The position numbers and the translations under genes are program-made. The notes under the pieces are model-generated. The model was not told the origin of the DNA. It did no database searches and worked only from the letters and a program-made list of their open reading frames with translations. Below are positions 38,640-50,426 of a stretch of DNA of 64,000 bases, piece by piece (position 1 is the stretch's first letter; each line of letters begins with the position of its first letter). This stretch comes from Eledone cirrhosa (Eukaryota). The stretch lies in NCBI GenBank assembly GCA_964016885.1, contig OZ024758.1, positions 28,024,001 to 28,088,000 of the forward strand. Reading direction: 5' to 3'.

Positions 38640-38811
38640 CACCAGTAGTATCAGCTGGGTCACATGTGTAATATTTTGGCCATTTTATGCCATATTCAAT
38701 AAGATCCAGATACCAACAAGTAGAATATACTATTTGATGACCTCGTTTTGCTGCTCGTTCAACATCAAACATGTCACCTTGCCAGATCTGAATTATTGTA
38801 TCGTTTGGAAG
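38640..38811 (-). CDS. HEXB: Beta-hexosaminidase exon
   Basis: Acceptor ttcaag (AAG type) and donor gtaagt. Translates LPNDTIIQIWQGDMFDVERAAKRGHQIVYSTCWYLDLIEYGIKWPKYYTCDPADTTG(G), matching DTIIQVW...WYLDLISYGQDW. 172 nt, phase 0 to 1. Confidence 0.93.
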
Positions 38812-38899
38812 CTTGAATTAAAGAAGAAAAGAAAAATACAAAAATCAATTTAGTAGAAAACAGAGATCAGTGAACCCCAGTAGATTCCACAAAACAGTT

Positions 38900-40307
38900 T
38901 CAACCATTTTGTCACAAAACTGCTTGAAACCGCTCCTGGTTCTACGATACCAAACTGTTTGAACCCGCCCCTGGTTCTACGATACCAAACTGCTTGAAAC
39001 CGCCCCTGGTTCTACGATACCAAACTGCTTGAAACCGCCCCTGGTTCTACGATACCAAACTGCTTGAAACCGCCCCTGGTTCTATGATACCAAACTGCTT
39101 GAAACCGCTCCTGGTTCTACGATACCAAACTGCTTGAAACCGCCCCTGGTTCTACGATACCAAACTGCTTGAAACCACTCCTGGTTCTACGATACCAAAC
39201 TGCTTGAAACCACTCCTGGTTCTACGATACCAAACTGCTTGAAACCACTCCTGGTTCTACGATACCAAACTGCTTGAAACCACTCCTGGTTCTACGATAC
39301 CAAACTGCTTGAAACCACTCCTGGTTCTACGATACCAAACTGCTTGAAACCACTCCTGGTTCTACGATACCAAACTGCTTGAAACCACTCCTGGTTCTAC
39401 GATACCAAACTGCTTGAAACCACTCCTGGTTCTACGATACCAAACTGCTTGAAACCACTCCTGGTTCTACGATACCAAACTGTTTGAACCCGCCCCTGGT
39501 TCTACGATACCAAACTGCTTGAAACCGCCCCTGGTTCTATGATACCAAACTGCTTGAAACCGCTCCTGGTTCTATGATACCAAACTGCTTGAAACCACTC
39601 CTGGTTCTACGATACCAAACTGCTTGAAACCGCCCCTGGTTCTACGATACCAAACTGCTTGAAACCGCCCCTGGTTCTACGATACCAAACTGCTTTAAAC
39701 CGCCCCCCTGGTTATATCATACCAAACTGCGTGAAACCACTCCTGGTTCTACGATACCAAACTGTTTGAAACCACTCCTGGTTCTATGATACCAAACTGC
39801 TTGAAACTGCCCCTGGTTCTATGATACCAAACTGCTTGAAACCGCCCCTGGTTATATCATACCAAACTGTGTGAAATCGCCCCTGGTTCTATGATACCAA
39901 ACTGCTTGAAACTGACCCTGGTTCTATGATACCAAACTGCTTGAAACTGCCCCAGGTTCTATGATACCAAACTGCTTGAAACTACCCCTGGTTCTATGAT
40001 ACCAAACTGCTTGAAACTGCCCCTGGTTCTATGATACCAAACTGCTTGAAACTGCCCCTGGTTCTATGATACCAAACTGCTTGAAACTACCCCTGGTTCT
40101 ATGATACCAAACTGCCTGCTTTAAAATGTTCATATTTAACCTTTCTTTATAATTTTATTTAAAACATTGTTTAGTTATGTTCCAAATATCAGCTTAATAA
40201 TAAGTTACATAGTTTACTAAATTCCTCGAAAATTTTTATCATTTTCAAAATTAGTTGAAACACTCTGGCAGTGTCTTTCATGAGAAATATGGTAATGGGA
40301 AGGTTAA
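38900..40307. repeat. 35-bp minisatellite (about 34 copies) inside a degenerate TTAA-type MITE
   Basis: Unit CAAACTGCTTGAAACCGCCCCTGGTTCTACGATAC at about 38915-40115. Ends read CAACCATTTTGT ... GGAAGGTTAA. Confidence 0.85.
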
Positions 40308-41134
40308 ACATACTCATGTCACATACATACACATATAAATATTTGAATATGTGTGTGTGTCTGTATGTGGGTAGGCTGAAATGTTCATAGGAATGATGCT
40401 AGCACTGTGAAATCTTGCATTAATTTCAACTCTTCTTATCAATAACTGCATTGTTTCTTTCCAGGGACAATGTTGAAAAGCAAACCCCATTTGATCTTCC
40501 ATGAGAGTATCTTGGTCAGCCTATGAACATTTCAGCTGACCTTTGTCAGGGAAATGCTGGGGAAAACAAAGTTGTAAAAAAGTCACAACTGAAACTAAAT
40601 TTTAACACCTGGATGAAACTATTTCACTTCATTAACATTACTGTTTTCCTTTGGAAGAGAATAACCTTTATAAATATCTTTCCCTACTCTCCTATACATC
40701 TAGACCAGTAGTTCCCAACCTTTTCTGCCTCATGCCCCACCTCAACAGCTCAGACATTTTTATGTCCCACTTTGATATAAAAGCAGCAACGGGTGATGCC
40801 AGATACACAATAATGTATGTGGAGGAGGTGAGACAGGAGTTCCTGACCATAATTTGTTCCAAAGTTACCTTGGTGTAAAAGTAATAAGGTAAATCCTGAA
40901 GTTTGCTCTCATTAGCATCATTTTCAATTGCCCTCCTTCAATCTATATATAAATTTCTGTGATTCTGTCACAACATGTAAAGAGAGAGGAGTAGTTTGAC
41001 TACCTCATACTACTCCTCTCTTTACATCTGCTGCTTGTGTGAATGTATGTGTGTGTGTGTAAAAGGAAGGAAGGGGTGGTGAAAAAACTATAGTAAAATA
41101 GTGGCTGGCATTCCATTTCCTACATTGAGTCGGC

Positions 41135-44100
41135 ATGAATGTATCTGTGTTTGTGTGAATGTATCTGTGTTTGTGTGAATGTATGTGTGTGTTTGTGTGA
41201 ATGTATGTGTGTGTTTGTGTGAATGTATGTGTGTGTTTGTGTGAATGTATGTGTGTGTTTGCGTGAATGTATGTGTGTGTTTGCGTGAATGTATGTGTGT
41301 GTTTGTGTGAATGTATGTGTGTGTTTGTGTGAATGTATGTGTGTGTTTGTGTGAATGTATGTGTGTTTGTGTGAATGTATATGTGTTTGTGTGAATGTAT
41401 GTGTGTGTTTGTGTGAATGTATGTGTGTTTGTGTGAATGTATATGTGTTTGTGTGAATGTATGTGTGTGTTTGTGTGAATGTATGTGTGTGTTTGTGTGA
41501 ATGTATGTGTGTGTTTGCGTGAATGTATGTGTGTGTTTGTGTGAATGTATGTGTGTGTTTGTGTGAATGTATGTGTGTGTTTGTGTTGTGAATGTATGTG
41601 TGTGTTTGTGTGAATGTATGTGTGTGTTTGCGTGAATGTATGTGTGTGTTTGTGTGAATGTATGTGTGTGTTTGTGTGAATGTATGTGTGTGTTTGTGTG
41701 AATGTATCTGTGTTTGTGTGAATGTATGTGTGTTTGTGTGAATGTATATGTGTTTGTGTGAATGTATATGTGTTTGTGTGAATGTATATGTGTTTGTGTG
41801 AATGTATGTGTGTGTTTGTGTGAATGTATGTGTGTGTTTGTGTGAATGTATGTGTGTGTTTGTGTGAATGTATGTGTGTGTTTGTGTGAATGTATGTGTG
41901 AATGTATGTGTGTGTTTGTGTGAATGTATGTGTGAATGTATGTGTGTGTTTGTGTGAATGTATGTGTGTGTTTGTGTGAATGTATGTGTGAATGTATGTG
42001 TGTGTTTGTGTGAATGTATGTGTGTGTTTGTGTGAATGTATCTGTGTGTTTGTGTGAATGTATCTGTGTTTGTGTGAATGTATCTGTGTTTGTGTGAATG
42101 TATCTGTGTGTTTGTGTGAATGTATCTGTGTGTTTGTGTGAATGTATGTGTGTGTTTGTGTGAATGTATGTGTGTGTTTGTGTGAATGTATGTGTGTGTT
42201 TGTGTGAATGTATGTGTGTGTTTGTGTGAATGTATCTGTGTTTGTGTGAATGTATGTGTGTGTTTGTGTGAATGTATGTGTGTGTTTGTGTGAATGTATG
42301 TGTGTGTTTGTGTGAATGTATGTGTGTGTTTGTGTGAATGTATGTGTGTGTTTGTGTGAATGTATGTGTGTGTTTGTGTGAATGTATGTGTGTGTTTGTG
42401 TGAATGTATGTGTGTGTTTGTGTGAATGTATCTGTGTTTGTGTGAATGTATGTGTGTTTGTGTGAATGTATATGTGTTTGTGTGAATGTATCTGTTTGTG
42501 TGAATGTATGTGTGTGTTTGTGTGAATGTATATGTGTTTGTGTGAATGTATCTGTGTTTGTGTGAATGTATGTGTGTTTGTGTGAATGTATGTGTGTTTG
42601 TGTGAATGTATCTGTGTGTTTGTGTGAATGTATGTGTGTGTTTGTGTGAATGTATGTGTGTGTGTTTGTGAATGTATGTGTGTTTGTGTGAATGTATATG
42701 TGTTTGTGTGAATGTATCTGTGTTTGTGTGAATGTATGTGTGTGCTTGTGTGAATGTATGTGTGTGTTTGTGTGAATGTATGTGTGTTTGTGTGAATGTA
42801 TGTGTGTTTGTGTGAATGTATCTGTGTGTTTGTGTGAATGTATGTGTGTGTTTGTGTGAATGTATGTGTGTGTTTGTGTGAATGTATGTGTGTGTTTGTG
42901 TGAATGTATGTGTGTGTTTGTGTGAATGTATGTGTGTTTGTGTGAATGTATCTGTGTTTGTGTGAATGTATCTGTGTTTGTGTGAATGTATGTGTGTGTT
43001 TGTGTGAATGTATGTGTGTGTTTGTGTGAATGTATGTGTGTGTTTGTGTGAATGTATGTGTGTGTTTGTGTGAATGTATCTGTGTTTGTGTGAATGTATC
43101 TGTGTTTGTGTGAATGTATCTGTGTTTGTGTGAATGTATCTGTGTGTTTGTGTGAATGTATGTGTGTGTTTGTGTGAATGTATCTGTGTTTGTGTGAATG
43201 TATGTGTGTGTTTGTGTGAATGTATCTGTGTTTGTGTGAATGTATCTGTGTGTTTGTGTGAATGTATGTGTGTGTTTGTGTGAATGTATGTGTGTTTGTG
43301 TGAATGTATGTGTGTTTGTGTGAATGTATGTGTTTGTGTGAATGTATATGTGTGTTTGTGTGAATGTATCTGTGTGTTTGTGTGAATGTATCTGTGTTTG
43401 TGTGAATGTATCTGTGTGTTTGTGTGAATGTATGTGTGTGTTTGTGTGAATGTATGTGTGTGTTTGTGTGAATGTATGTGTGTGTTTGTGTGAATGTATG
43501 TGTGTGTTTGTGTGAATGTATGTGTGTTTGTGTGAATGTATCTGTGTTTGTGTGAATGTATCTGTGTTTGTGTGAATGTATATGTGTGTTTGTGTGAATG
43601 TATCTGTGTTTGTGTGAATGTATGTGTGTGTTTGTGTGAATGTATCTGTGTTTGTGTGAATGTATGTGTGTGTTTGTGTGAATGTATGTGTGTGTTTGTG
43701 TGAATGTATGTGTGTGTTTGTGTGAATGTATCTGTGTGTTTGTGTGAATGTATATGTGTTTGTGTGAATGTATATGTGTTTGTGTGAATGTATATGTGTT
43801 TGTGTGAATGTATATGTGTGTTTGTGTGAATGTATGTGTGTGTTTGTGTGAATGTATGTGTGTGTTTGTGTGAATGTATGTGTGTGTTTGTGTGAATGTA
43901 TGTGTGTGTTTGTGTGAATGTATGTGTGTGTTTGTGTGAATGTATGTGTGTGTTTGTGTGAATGTATGTGTGTGTTTGTGTGAATGTATGTGTGTGTTTG
44001 TGTGAATGTATGTGTGTGTTTGTGTGAATGTATGTGTGTGTTTGTGTGAATGTATGTGTGTGTTTGTGTGAATGTATGTGTGTGTTTGTGTGAATGTATG

Positions 44101-46525
44101 TGTGTGTTTGTGTGAATGTATGTGTGTGTTTGTGTGAATGTATGTGTGTGTTTGTGTGAATGTATGTGTGTGTTTGTGTGAATGTATGTGTGTGTTTGTG
44201 TGAATGTATGTGTGTGTTTGTGTGAATGTATGTGTGTGTTTGTGTGAATGTATGTGTGTGTTTGTGTGAATGTATGTGTGTGTTTGTGTGAATGTATGTG
44301 TGTGTTTGTGTGAATGTATGTGTGTGTTTGTGTGAATGTATGTGTGTGTTTGTGTGAATGTATGTGTGTTTGTGTGAATGTATGTGTGTGTTTGTGTGAA
44401 TGTATGTGTGTGTTTGTGTGAATGTATGTGTGTGTTTGTGTGAATGTATGTGTGTGTTTGTGTGAATGTATGTGTGTGTTTGTGTGAATGTATGTGTGTG
44501 TTTGTGTGAATGTATGTGTGTGTTTGTGTGAATGTATGTGTGTGTTTGTGTGAATGTATGTGTGTGTTTGTGTGAATGTATGTGTGTGTTTGTTGTGTGA
44601 GTGTTTTGGTGTTGTTTGTGTGTGTTTGTGTGTTGTTTGTGTGGGTGTTTGTGTGTGTATGTGGTGTTTGTATGTGTGTGTTTGTGTGAATGTATGTGGG
44701 TGGTGGTGTTGTGGGGTGTTTGGGTGTTGTAGTGTGGTTGTGTGTATGTTGTGGTGTGGTGTATGTTGTTTGGGGATTTGTGGGTTGGTTTATGTTGTGT
44801 GAATGTATCTGTGTTTGTGTGAATGTATCTGTGTTTGTGTGAATGTATCTGTGTTTGTGTGAATGTATCTGTGTTTGTGTGAATGTAAATGTGTTTGTGT
44901 GAATGTATGTGTGTGTTTGTGTGAATGTATGTGTGTGTTTGTGTGAATGTATGTGTGTGTTTGTGTGAATGTATGTGTGTGTTTGTGTGAATGTATGTGT
45001 GTGTTTGTGTGAATGTATGTGTGTGTTTGTGTGAATGTATGTGTGTGTTTGTGTGAATGTATGTGTGTTTGTGTGAATGTATGTGTGTGTTTGTGTGAAT
45101 GCATGTGTGTGTTTGTGTGAATGTATGTGTGTTTGTGTGAATGTATATGTGTGTTTGTGTGAATGTATATGTGTGTTTGTGTGAATGTATATGTGTGTTT
45201 GTGTGAATGTATATGTGTGTTTGTGTGAATGTATCTGTGTGTTTGTGTGAATGTATCTGTGTGTTTGTGTGAATGTATCTGTGTTTGTGTGAATGTATCT
45301 GTGTGTTTGTGTGAATGTATGTGTGTGTTTGTGTGAATGTATGTGTGTGTTTGTGTGAATGTATGTGTGTGTTTGTGTGAATGTATGTGTGTGTTTGTGT
45401 GAATGTATGTGTGTGTTTGTGTGAATGTATGTGTGTGTTTGTGTGAATGTATGTGTGTGTTTGTGTGAATGTATGTGTGTTTGTGTGAATGTATGTGTGT
45501 TTGTGTGAATGTATGTGTGTTTGTGTGAATGTATGTGTGTTTGTGTGAATGTATGTGTGTTTGTGTGAATGTATGTGTTTGTGTGAATGTATGTGTGTGT
45601 TTGTGTGAATGCATGTGTGTGTTTGTGTGAATGCATGTGTGTGTTTGTGTGAATGCATGTGTGTGTTTGTGTGAATGTATCTGTGTGTGTGAATGTATCT
45701 GTGTGTTTGTGTGAATGTATGTGTGTGTTTGTGTGAATGTATCTGTGTGTTTGTGTGAATGTATCTGTGTTTGTGTGAATGTATCTGTGTGTTTGTGTGA
45801 ATGTATCTGTGTGTTTGTGTGAATGTATGTGTGTGTTTGTGTGAATGTATGTGTGTGTTTGTGTGAATGTATGTGTGTGTTTGTGTGAATGTATGTGTGT
45901 GTTTGTGTGAATGTATGTGTGTGTTTGTGTGAATGTATGTGTGTGTTTGTGTGAATGTATGTGTGTGTTTGTGTGAATGTATGTGTGTGTTTGTGTGAAT
46001 GTATATGTGTGTTTGTGTGAATGTATCTGTGTGTTTGTGTGAATGTATCTGTGTTTGTGTGAATGTATGTGTGTGTTTGTGTGAATGCATATGTGTGTTT
46101 GTGTGAATGTATGTCTGTGTTTGTGTGAATGTATCTGTGTTTGTGTGAATGTATGTGTGTGTTTGTGTGAATGTATATGTGTTTGTGTGAATGTATACGT
46201 GTTTGTGTGAATGTATATGTGTTTGTGTGAATGTATGTGTGTTTGTGTGAATGTTTGTGTGAATGTGTGTGTTTGTGCGTTTGTGTGAATGTATGTGTCT
46301 GTGTGTGAACGTATGTGTTTGTGTGAATGTATGTGTATTTGTGTGAACGTATGTGTGTTTGTGTGAATGTATGTGTGTGTTTGTGAACGTATGTGTGTGT
46401 TTGTGTGAACGTGTGTGTGTTTGAACATATGTGTGCGTTTGTGTGAACATGTGTGTGTTTGTGTTAACGTGTGTGTGTTTGTGTGAACATGTGTGCATTT
46501 GTGTGAACGTATGCGTGTGTGTGTA
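41135..46525. repeat. 20-22-bp satellite (GTGTGAATGTATGTGTGTGTTT)n, about 5.4 kb
   Basis: Direct periodicity; the 1800-aa HT-rich ORFs are artefacts. Confidence 0.97.
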
Positions 46526-46753
46526 TATTTTTCTAAGTGTCTGTGTTTGTACATTTATATTTACATACTCATACACATATAAATGTATGCATATGCACAT
46601 ATACACATGCACACACATGTGTCAGCTTGTTGATAAAAATCCTAGTATCCAAATTGCTTCCCTGTGGGGCGTGTGCCACCATATGGAGTCACTGACCGAA
46701 AGCTTCATATCTCCATGGAAAACAAAACAAAACAATGAGAGATCTGTTTAAAA

Positions 46754-47275
46754 CATCATCATCATCATCATCATCATCATTTTACGTCCGCTTTTCCCTG
46801 CTTGCAAGGATGGGACGGGAACTGACTCTGGCTTGATTTCTACAGCTGGATCCCCTTCCTAACACCAACATCATTTACAGTGAGTGCTGGGTGCTTTTTT
46901 TCCGTGGCACCTCCACGACCACTTTGCAGTGGAATGATAGGGACCCCAGTCCCTATCATCTCATTTCTACAGCTGAGTAAACTGGAGCAATGTGAAATAA
47001 AGTATCTTGCTCAAGGAAACAACACATCACCCGGTCTGAGAATTGAACTCACAACCTTTCGTATGCGAATATATCCTTATTATTTACGGTGGATTAGCAG
47101 TATCGGTAGAGTGTCTGACGCCATGCTTTCCAGCATAGTTACGTCCCTTTACGATCTGAGTTCAAATCCCGCCGAGGTTGACTTTGCCTTTCATCCTTAC
47201 GGGGTCGATAAAATAAAGTACCAGTAATGTACTGGGTAATTGCTGGCCTTGTGCCAAAAGTAGAAACAATTATTT
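46754..47275. mobile_element. Family 1 SINE (-, head truncated) abutting a family 2 SINE (+)
   Basis: Copies at 46754-47062 and 47088-47275. Confidence 0.88.
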
Positions 47276-47961
47276 ACTAATAAAAGATAAATATTATTTC
47301 AAAACAATAATTATAATCAATTTATTGATTGTTTATTGTTATGCATGACAGAAGACTATTAGACTTCACCTTATCATATGATCCCGTGTTCATGTCAACA
47401 GCTGAAATCAATAAATAAATTTAATATTTATCTACTCAATATTGGTTGTTGATTGTTTATATTAAGCCACTAGGTGTCGGCTAAGAGATCGAGGATCCGA
47501 TTGCTTTCAAATGTATATCACATATATGTAAATTTTTGAGGTTTTGTCACATGTAAAGAGAGGGGAGTAGTTTGACTACCTCATACTGCTCCTCTCTCTT
47601 GACATCTGCTGTCTGTGAATGTGTGTGTGTGTTTGTGTGAATGTGTGTGTGTTTGTGTGAACGTATGTGTGTGTGTTTGTGTGAATGTATGTGTGTGTGT
47701 GTGTGAACGTATGTGTGTGTGTGTGTGAACGTATGTGTGTGTTTGTGTGAACGTATGTGTTTATTTGTGTGAATGTATGTGTTTATTTGTGTGAATGTAT
47801 GTGTGTGTTTGTCTGAATGTATGTGTGTGTTTATGTGAACGTATGTGTGTGTTTGTGTGAATATATGTCTGAGTGTGTATTTTTGTAAGTGTGTCTGTGT
47901 TTGCATGTTTATATCTATATACTCATACATATAAATGTATGAGTATATATATATATATATT

Positions 47962-50110
47962 AGCTCACCCAGAGCAGATTTTGGCCTGGTTTCTACAGCT
48001 GGATGCCCTTCCTAACGGCCAACCACATTTACAGTGTGGGCTGGGTGCTTTTTGTCGTGTCACCTACATGAATACTTTACAATGTGTGCTAGGTGCTTGT
48101 TGTTCTGTCACCTACATGACCACTTTACAGTGTGGGCTGGATGCTTTTTGTTGTCACCTACATGACAGCTTTACAGTGTGGGCTGGGTGCTTTTTGTTGT
48201 GTCACCTACATGACAGCTTTACAGTGTGGGCTGGGTGCTTTTTGTTGTGTCACCTACATGACAGCTTTACAGTGTGGGCTGGGTGCTTTTTGTTGTGTCA
48301 CCTACATGACCACTTTACAGTGTGGGCTGGATGCTTTTTGTTGTGTCACCTACATGACAGCTTTACAGTGTGGGCTGGGTGCTTTTTGTTGTGTCACCTA
48401 CATGACAGCTTTACAGTGTGATCTGGGTGCTTTTTGTTGTGTCACCTACATGACAGCTTTACAGTGTGGGCTGGATGCTTTTTGTTGTGTCACCTACATG
48501 ACAGCTTTACAGTGTGGGCTGGGTGCTTTTTGTTGTGTCACCTACATGACAGCTTTACAGTGTGGGCTGGGTGCTTTTTGTTGTGTCACCTACATGACAG
48601 CTTTACAGTGTGGGCTGGGTGCTTTTTGTTGTCACCTACATGACAGCTTTACAGTGTGGGCTGGGTGCTTTTTGTTGTGTCACCTACATGACAGCTTTAC
48701 AGTGTGGGCTGGGTGCTTTTTGTTGTGTCACCTACATGACCACTTTACAGTGTGGGCTGGATGCTTTTTGTTGTGTCACCTACATGACAGCTTTACAGTG
48801 TGGGCTGGGTGCTTTTTGTTGTGTCACCTACATGACCACTTTACAGTGTGGGCTGGATGCTTTTTGTTGTGTCACCTACATGACAGCTTTACAGTGTGGG
48901 CTGGGTGCTTTTTGTTGTGTCACCTACATGACAGCTTTACAGTGTGATCTGGGTGCTTTTTGTTGTGTCACCTACATGACAGCTTTACAGTGTGGGCTGG
49001 ATGCTTTTTGTTGTGTCACCTACATGACAGCTTTACAGTGTGGGCTGGGTGCTTTTTGTTGTGCCACCTACATGACAGCTTTACAGTGTGGGCTGGGTGC
49101 TTTTTGTTGTGTCACCTACATGACAGCTTTACAGTGTGGGCTGGGTGCTTTTTGTTGTGTCACCTACATGACAGCTTTACAGTGTGGGCTGGGTGCTTTT
49201 TGTTGTGTCACCTACATGACAGCTTTACAGTGTGGGCTGGGTGCTTTTTGTTGTGTCACCTACATGACCACTTTACAGTGTGGGCTGGATGCTTTTTGTT
49301 GTGTCACCTACATGACAGCTTTACAGTGTGATCTGGGTGCTTTTTGTTGTGTCACCTACATGACAGCTTTACAGTGTGGGCTGGATGCTTTTTGTTGTGT
49401 CACCTACATGACAGCTTTACAGTGTGGGCTGGGTGCTTTTTGTTGTGTCACCTACATGACAGCTTTACAGTGTGGGCTGGATGCTTTTTGTTGTGTCACC
49501 TACATGACAGCTTTACAGTGTGGGCTGGGTGCTTTTTGTTGTGTCACCTACATGACCACTTTACAGTGTGGGCTGGATGCTTTTTGTTGTGTCACCTACA
49601 TGACAGCTTTACAGTGTGGGCTGGGTGCTTTTTGTTGTGTCACCTACATGACAGCTTTACAGTGTGGGCTGGGTGCTTTTTGTTGTGTCACCTACATGAC
49701 AGCTTTACAGTGTGGGCTGGGTGCTTTTTGTCGTGTCACCTACATGACAGCTTTACAGTGTGGGCTGGATGTTTTTTGTTGTGTCACCTACATGACCACT
49801 TTACAGTGTGGGCTGGGTGCTTTTTGTTGTCACCTACATGACAGCTTTACAGTGTGGGCTGGGTGCTTTTTGTTGTGTCACCTACATGACAGCTTTACAG
49901 TGTGGGCTGGGTGCTTTTTGTTGTGTCACCTACATGACAGCTTTACAGTGTGGGCTGGGTGCTTTTTGTCGTGTCACCTACATGAATACTTTACAATGTG
50001 TGCTAGGTGCTTGTTGTTCTGTCACCTACATGACAGCTTTACAGTGTGGGCTGGGTGCTTTTTGTTGTCACCTACATGATGGCTTTACAGTGTGGGCTGG
50101 GTGCTTTTGT
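47962..50110 (-). repeat. 48-bp minisatellite (about 43 copies) amplified from the RTE/SINE 3'UTR motif
   Basis: Unit TTTACAGTGTGGGCTGGGTGCTTTTTGTTGTGTCACCTACATGACAGC, preceded by TTTCTACAGCTGGATGCCCTTCCTAAC. Confidence 0.92.
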
Positions 50111-50389
50111 CTTGAAACGGCGGGAGGGGGTGCTTAGGGAAATTGTGGACATAGGTAATAGGGGAGGGATGGTTACCGCCAAGTGAGGTGTATGGGAGGG
50201 GAGAAGATTGGGTAAGGTGTTGCCTACTAGGTATAAGACTCAGCCCGAGAATATAGATATACATATTGCCATTTATTGACAAACAGAGACAAAAGAGTAC
50301 ACACACATATTCAGTTATTAGTAAATATACACACACAATATATATACACACACTTACATGGCTATTAGTAAATATACAGATACACACAA

Positions 50390-50426
<37 letters not shown>

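Noticed and set aside
44590-44800. G/T-rich irregular patch in the satellite
   Set aside because: It looks like low-quality consensus or local degeneration, with no motif or credible ORF.
41005-46618. 1849-aa and 1832-aa His/Thr-rich ORFs
   Set aside because: They are translations of a simple satellite that lacks stop codons on one strand. They are open in several frames and lie inside an intron.
47370-47401. Possible 32-nt micro-exon on the minus strand (ttcag...gtgaag)
   Set aside because: It has an in-frame TGA in the required phase 0 and a weak donor, and the flanking exons already join in frame.
48132-50137. Cys-rich 16-aa repeat ORFs (CCVTYMTALQCGLGAF)
   Set aside because: Read-through of the 48-bp TE-derived minisatellite.
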